From positions 1,550,001 through 1,614,000 of the forward strand of contig OZ024745.1 of NCBI GenBank assembly GCA_964016885.1: a DNA stretch of 64,000 bases, read 5' to 3'. Both the position numbers and the translations under genes were made by a program. Below are positions 56,501-64,000 of the stretch, in pieces (position 1 is the stretch's first letter; every line of letters begins with the position of its first letter). The notes below the pieces were generated by a model. That model saw nothing but the letters and a program-made list of their open reading frames with translations, ran no database searches and had not been told where the DNA came from. This stretch comes from Eledone cirrhosa (Eukaryota).

Positions 56501-59500
56501 CACTATGGCAGCTACCAGTATATATGACTGTTGACACTATGGCAGCTACCTGTATATATGACTGTTGACACTATGGCAGCTACCAGTATATATGACTATT
56601 GACACTATGGCAGCTACCAGTATATATGACTGTTGACACTATGGCAGCTACCAGTATATATGACTATTGACACTATGGCAGCTACCAGTATATATGACTG
56701 TTGACACTATGGCAGCTACCAGTATATATGATTGTTAACACTATGGCAGCTACCAGTATATATGACTGTTGACACGATGGCAGCTACCAGTATATATGAC
56801 TGACACTATGGCAGCTACCAGTATATATGACTGTTGACACTATGGCAGCTACCAGTATATATGACTGTTGACACTATGGCAGCTACCAGTATATATGACT
56901 GTTGACACTATATCAGCTACCAGTATAGATGACTGTTGACACTATGGTAGCTACCAGTATATATGACTGTTGACACTATGGTAGCTACCAGTATATATGA
57001 CTGTTGACACTATGGCAGCTACCAGTATATATGACTGTTAACACTTTGGCAGCTACCAGTATGTATGACTGTTGACACTATGGCAGCTACCAGTATATAT
57101 AACTGTTGACACTATGGCAGCTACCAGTATATATGACTGTTGACACTATGGCAGCTACCAGTATGTATGACTGTTGACACTATGGCAGCTACCAGTATAT
57201 ATGACTGTTGACACTATGGCAGCTACCAGTATGTATGACTGTTGACACTATGGCAGCTACCAGTATATATGACTGTTGACACTATGGCAGCTACCAGTAT
57301 ATATGACTGTTGACACTATGGCAGCTACCAGTATATATGACTGTTGACACTATGGCAGCTACCAGTATGTATGACTGTTGACACTATGGCAGCTACCTGT
57401 ATATATGTCTGTTGACACTATGGCAGCTACCAGTATATATGACTGTTGACACTATGGCAGCTACCAGTATATATGACTGTTGACATTATGGCAGCTACCA
57501 GTATGTATGACTGTTGACACTATGGCAGCTACCAGTATGTATGACTGTTGACACTATGGTAGCTACCAGTATATATGACTGTTGACACTATGGTAGCTAC
57601 CAGTATATATGACTGTTGACACTATGGCAGCTACCAGTATATATGACTGACACTATGGCAGCTACCAGTATATATGACAGTTGACATTATGGCAGCTACC
57701 AGTATATATGACTGTTGACACTATGGCAGCTACCAGTATATATGACTGTTGACATTATGGCAGCTACCAGTATATATGACTCTTGACACTATGGCAGCTA
57801 CCAGTATATATGACTGTTGACACTATGGCAGCTACCAGTATATATGACTATTGACACTATGGCAGCTACCAGTATATATGACTGTTGACACTATGGCAGC
57901 TACCAGTATATATGACTGTTGACACTATGGCAGCTACAAGTATGTATGTCTGTTGACACTATGGCAGCTACCAGTATATATGACTGTTGACACTATGGCA
58001 GCTACCAGTATATATGACTGTTGACACTATATCAGCTACCAGTATATATGACTATTGACACTATGGCAGCTACCAGTATAGATGACTGTTGACACTATGG
58101 CAGCTACCAGTATATATGACTCTTGACACTATGGCAGCTACCAGTATATATGACTGTTGACACTATGGCAGCTACCAGTATATATGACTGTTGACATTAT
58201 GGCAGCTACCAGTATATATGACTCTTGACACTATGGCAGCTATCAGTATATATGACTGTTGACACTATGGCAGCTACCAGTATATATGACTATTGACACT
58301 ATGGCAGCTACCAGTATATATGACTGTTGACACTATGGCAGCTACCAGTATATATGACTGTTGACACTATGGCAGCTACCAGTATGTATGTCTGTTGACA
58401 CTATGGCAGCTACCAGTATATATGACTGTTGACACTATGGCAGCTACCAGTATATATGACTGTTGACACTATATCAGCTACCAGTATATATGACTATTGA
58501 CACTATGGCAGCTACCAGTATAGATGACTGTTGACACTATGGCAGCTACCAGTATATATGACTCTTGACACTATGGCAGCTACCAGTATATATGACTGTT
58601 GACACTATGGCAGCTACCAGTATATATGACTGTTGACAGTATGGCAGCTACCAGTATATATGACTGATGACAATATGGCAGCTACCAGTATATATGACTG
58701 TTGACTGTATGGCAGCTACCAGTATTGATGTCTGTTGACACTATGGCAGCTACCAGTATATATGACTCTTGACACTATGGCAGCTACCAGTATATATGAC
58801 TGTTGACACTATGGCAGATACCAATATAGATGACTGTTGACACTATGGCAGCTACCAGTATATATGACTCTTGACACTATGGCAGCTACCAGTATATATG
58901 ACTCTTGACACTATGGCAGCTACCAGTATATATGACTCTTGACACTATGGCAGCTACCAGTATATATGACTCTTGACACTATGGCAGCTACCAGTATATA
59001 TGACTGTTGACACTATGGCAGCTACCAGTATATATGACTGTTGACACTATGGCAGCTACCAGTATAGATGACTGTTGACACTATGGCAGCTACCAGTATA
59101 TATGACTGTTGACACTATAGCAGCTACCAGTATATATGACTGTTGACACTATGGCAGCTACCAGTATATATGACTCTTGACACCATGGCAGCTACCAGTA
59201 TATATGACTGTTGACACTATGGTAGCTACCAGTATATATGACTCTTGACACTATGGCAGCTACCAGTATAGATTACTCTTGACACTATGGCAGCTACCAG
59301 TATATATGACTGTTGACACTATGGCAGCTACCAGTATGTATGACTCTTGACAGTATGGCAGCTACCAGTATATATGACTGTTGACACTATGGTAGCTACC
59401 AGTATAGATTACTCTTGACACTATGGCAGCTACCAGTATATATGACTGTTGACACTATGGTAGCTACCAGTATAGATTACTCTTGACACTATGGCCGCTA

Positions 59501-62500
59501 CCAGTATAGTTGACTGTTGAAACTATGGCAGCTACCAGTATATATGACTGTTGACACTATGGCAGCTACCAGTATATATGACTGTTGACACTATGGCAGC
59601 TACCAGTATATATGACTGTTGACACTATGGCAGCTACCAGTATATATGACTGTTGACACTATGGCAGCTACCAGTATATATGACTGTTGACAGTATGGCA
59701 GCTACCAGTATATATGACTGTTGACACTATATCAGCTACCAGTATAGATGACTGTTGACACTATGGTAGCTACCAGTATATATGACTGTTGACACTATGG
59801 TAGCTACCAGTATATATGACTGTTGACACTATGGCAGCTACCAGTATATATGACTGTTAACACTTTGGCAGCTACCAGTATGTATGACTGTTGACACTAT
59901 GGCAGCTACCAGTATATATAACTGTTGACACTATGGCAGCTACCAGTATATATGACTGTTGACACTATGGCAGCTACCAGTATGTATGACTGTTGACACT
60001 ATGGCAGCTACCAGTATATATGACTGTTGACACTATGGCAGCTACCAGTATGTATGACTGTTGACACTATGGCAGCTACCAGTATATATGACTGTTGACA
60101 CTATGGCAGCTACCAGTATATATGACTGTTGACACTATGGCAGCTACCAGTATATATGACTGTTGACACTATGGCAGCTACCAGTATGTATGACTGTTGA
60201 CACTATGGCAGCTACCTGTATATATGTCTGTTGACACTATGGCAGCTACCAGTATATATGACTGTTGACACTATGGCAGCTACCAGTATATATGACTGTT
60301 GACATTATGGCAGCTACCAGTATGTATGACTGTTGACACTATGGCAGCTACCAGTATGTATGACTGTTGACACTATGGTAGCTACCAGTATATATGACTG
60401 TTGACACTATGGTAGCTACCAGTATATATGACTGTTGACACTATGGCAGCTACCAGTATATATGACTGTTGACACTCTGGCAGCTACCTGTATATATGTC
60501 TGTTGACACTATGGCAGCTACCAGTATGTATGACTGTTGACACTATGGCAGCTACCAGTATGTATGACTGTTGACACTATGGCAGCTACCTGTATAGATG
60601 ACTGTTGACACTTTGGCAGCTACCAGTATGTATGACTGTTGACACTATGGCAGCTACCAGTATATATGACTGTTGACACTATGGCAGCTACCAGTATATA
60701 TGACTGTTGACACTATGGCAGCTACCAGTATATATGACTGTTGACACTATGGCAGCTACCAGTATATATGACTGTTGACACTATGGCAGCTACCAGTATA
60801 TATGACTGTTGACACTATGGTAGCTACCAGTATATATGACTCTTGACACTATGGCAGCTACCAGTATAGATGACTGTTGACACGATGGCAGCTACCAGTA
60901 TATATGACTGTTGACACTATGGCAGCTACCAGTATAGATGACTGTTGACACTATGGCAGCTACCAGTATAGATGACTGTTGACACTATGGCAGCTACCAG
61001 TATAGATGACTGTTGACACTATGGCAGCTACCAGTATAGATGACTGTTGACACTATGGCAGCTACCAGTATAGATGACTGTTGACACTATGGCAGCTACC
61101 AGTATAGATGACTGTTGACACTATGGCAGCTACCAGTATATATGTCTGTTGAAACTATGTCAGCTACCAGTATGTATGACTGTTGACACTATGGCAGCTA
61201 CCAGTATAGATGACTGTTGACACTATGGTAGCTACCAGTATATATGACTGTTGACACTATGGCAACTAACAGTATATATGACTGTTAAGACTTTGGCAGC
61301 TACCAGTATAGATGACTGTTGACACTATGGCAGCTACCAGTATATATGACTGTTGACACTATGGCAGCTACCAGTATAGATGACTGTTGACACTATGGCA
61401 GCTACCAGTATGTATGACTGTTGACACAATGGTAGCTACCAGTATATATGACTGTTGACATTATGGCAGCTACCAGTATGTATGACTGTTGACACTATGG
61501 CAGCTACCAGTATAGATGACTGTTAACACAATGGTAGCTACCAGTATATATGACTGTTGACACTATGGCAGCTACCAGTATATATGACTGTTGACACTAT
61601 GGCAGCTACCTGTATAGATGACTGTTGACACTATGGCAGCTACCAGTATATATGACTGTTGACACTATGGCAGCTACCAGTATATATGTCTGTTGACACT
61701 ATGGCAGCTACCAGTATAGATGACTGTTGACACAATGGTAGCTACCAGTATATATGACTGTTGACACTATGGCAGCTACCAGTATGTATGACTGTTGACA
61801 CTATGGCAGCTACCAGTATATATGTCTCTTGACACTATGGCAGCTACCAGTATATATGACTGTTGACACAATGGTAGCTACCAGTATATATGACTCTTGA
61901 CACTATGGCAGCTACCAGTATATATGACTGTTGACACTATGGCAGCTACCAGTATATATGACTGTTGACACTATGGCAGCTACCAGTATATATGACTGTT
62001 GACACTATGGCAGCTACCAGTATAGATGACTGTTGACACTATGTCAGCTACCAGTATATATGACTGTTGACACTATGGCAGCTACCAGTATATATGACTG
62101 TTGACACTATGGCAGCTACCAGTATATATGACTCTTGACACTATGGCAGCTACCAGTATATATGACTCTTGACACTATGGCAGCTACCAGTATAGATGAC
62201 TGTTGACACTATGGCAGCTACCAGTATAGATGACTGTTGACACTATGGCAGCTACCAGTATATATGACTGTTGACACTATGGCAGCTACCAGTATATATG
62301 ACTGTTGACACTATGGCAGCTACCAGTATATATGACTGTTGACACTATGGCAGCTACCAGTATATATGTCTGTTGACACTATGTCAGCTACCAGTATGTA
62401 TGACTGTTGACACTATGGCAGCTACCAGTATATATGACTGTTGACACTATGGCAGCTACCTGTATAGATGACTGTTGACACTATGGCAACTAACAGTATA

Positions 62501-64000
62501 TATGACTGTTAACACTATGGCAGCTACCAGTATATATAACTGTTAACACTATGGCAGCTACCAGTATATATGACTATTGACACTATGGCAGCTACCAGTA
62601 TATATGTCTGTTGACACTATGGCAGCTACCAGTATAGATGACTGTTGACACTATGGCAGCTACCAGTATATATAACTGTTGACACTATGGCAGCTACCAG
62701 TATAGATGACTGTTGACACAATGGTAGCTACCAGTATATATGACTGTTGACACTATGGCAGCTACCAGTATATATGTCTGTTGACACTATGGCAGCTACC
62801 AGTATAGATGACTGTTGACACAATGGTAGCTACCAGTATATATGACTGTTGACACTATGGCAGCTACCAGTATGTATGACTGTTGACACTATGGCAGCTA
62901 CCAGTATATATGTCTCTTGACACTATGGCAGCTACCAGTATATATGACTGTTGACACTATGGCAGCTACCAGTATATATGACTGTTGACACTATGGCAGC
63001 TACCAGTATAGATGACTGTTGACACAATGGTAGCTACCAGTATATATGACTGTTGACACTATGGCAGCTACCAGTATGTATGACTGTTGACACTATGGCA
63101 GCTACCAGTATATATGTCTCTTGACACTATGGCAGCTACCAGTATATATGACTGTTGACACTCTGGCAGCTACCAGTATATATGACTGTTGACACTATGG
63201 CAGCTACCAGTATATATGACTGTTGACACTATGGCAGCTACCAGTATATATGACTCTTGACACTATGGCAGCTACCAGTATAGATTACTCTTGACACTAT
63301 GGCAGCTACCAGTATATATGACTCTTGACACTATGGCAGCTACCAGTATAGATTACTCTTGACACTATGGCAGCTACCAGTATATATGACTGTTGACACT
63401 ATGGCAGCTACCAGTATGTATGACTCTTGACAGTATGGCAGCTACCAGTATATATGACTGTTGACACTATGGTAGCTACCAGTATAAATTACTCTTGACA
63501 CTATGGCAGCTACCAGTATATATGACTGTTGACACTATGGTAGCTACCAGTATAGATTACTCTTGACACTATGGCCGCTACCAGTATATATGACTGTTGA
63601 CATTATGGCAGCTACCAGTATATATGACTGTTGACACTATGGCAGCTACCAGTATATATGACTGTTGACACTATGGCAGCTACCAGTATATATGACTGTT
63701 GACACTATGGCAGCTACCAGTATAGATGACTGTTGACAATATGGCAGCTACCAGTATATATGACTGTTGACACTATGGCAGCTACCAGTATATATGACTG
63801 TTGACACTCTGGCAGCTACCAGTATATATGACTGTTGACACTATGGCAGCTACCAGTATATATGACTGTTGACACTATGGCAGCTACCAGTATATATGAC
63901 TGTTGACACTCTGGCAGCTACCAGTATATATGACTGTTGACACTATGGCAGCTACCAGTATATATGACTGTTGACACTATGGCAGCTACCAGTATAGATG
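11595..64000. repeat. 34-bp satellite DNA array, at least 52.4 kb (about 1540 monomers), with nested higher-order repeats
   Basis: Head-to-tail TGTTGACACTATGGCAGCTACCAGTATATATGAC, with most monomers at 0-2 substitutions. Single orientation, no visible foreign insertions, runs off the window end. Rare 31-bp, 32-bp and 35-bp monomers are present. Confidence 0.99.

Noticed and set aside
11595-64000. CRISPR array (34-bp repeat with partial palindrome)
   Set aside because: Monomers are directly head-to-tail with no unique spacers, there is no leader or cas gene, and the context is eukaryotic.
11595-64000. Tandem sigma70-like promoter (TTGACA-N16-TATATA) in each monomer
   Set aside because: The -10 box lacks the conserved final T, the context is animal genomic DNA, and natural-looking variant hierarchies argue against a synthetic construct. 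Treated as coincidence.
11595-64000. 34-bp recombinase site array (loxP/FRT-like length)
   Set aside because: No 13-8-13 inverted-arm architecture; the dyad is only 12 bp with no spacer.
11595-64000. Coding tandem repeat or telomeric repeat
   Set aside because: 34 is not a multiple of 3 and the monomer carries stop codons that cycle through all frames, so the ORF track is empty here. There is no G-rich short telomere motif.

Overview
Eukaryotic (animal) repetitive DNA with no intact gene. Bases 1-11.6 kb are a mosaic of (TA)n, (GA)n and (TG)n microsatellites and several minisatellites. They also hold a tRNA-derived SINE fragment, a 55-bp-arm inverted repeat (possibly Penelope-like), a decayed 5'-truncated Tx1/L1-group LINE on the minus strand (about 6961-9586), a possible 60-nt minus-strand exon, and a hAT-like terminus. 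From 11595 to the window end (52.4 kb, about 1540 monomers, open-ended) lies one 34-bp satellite, consensus TGTTGACACTATGGCAGCTACCAGTATATATGAC. Rare monomer variants reveal nested higher-order structure: 23-mer (782 bp), 46-mer (1564 bp), about 153-mer (5.2 kb) and a near-identical 365/366-mer (12.4 kb) tandem duplication. The microsatellite landscape and SINE type suggest an octopus-like or other microsatellite-rich invertebrate genome (inference only). Almost all ORFs in the supplied track are microsatellite translation artefacts. I see no evidence for a new protein-coding system; the novel-looking content is the satellite architecture and its flank.
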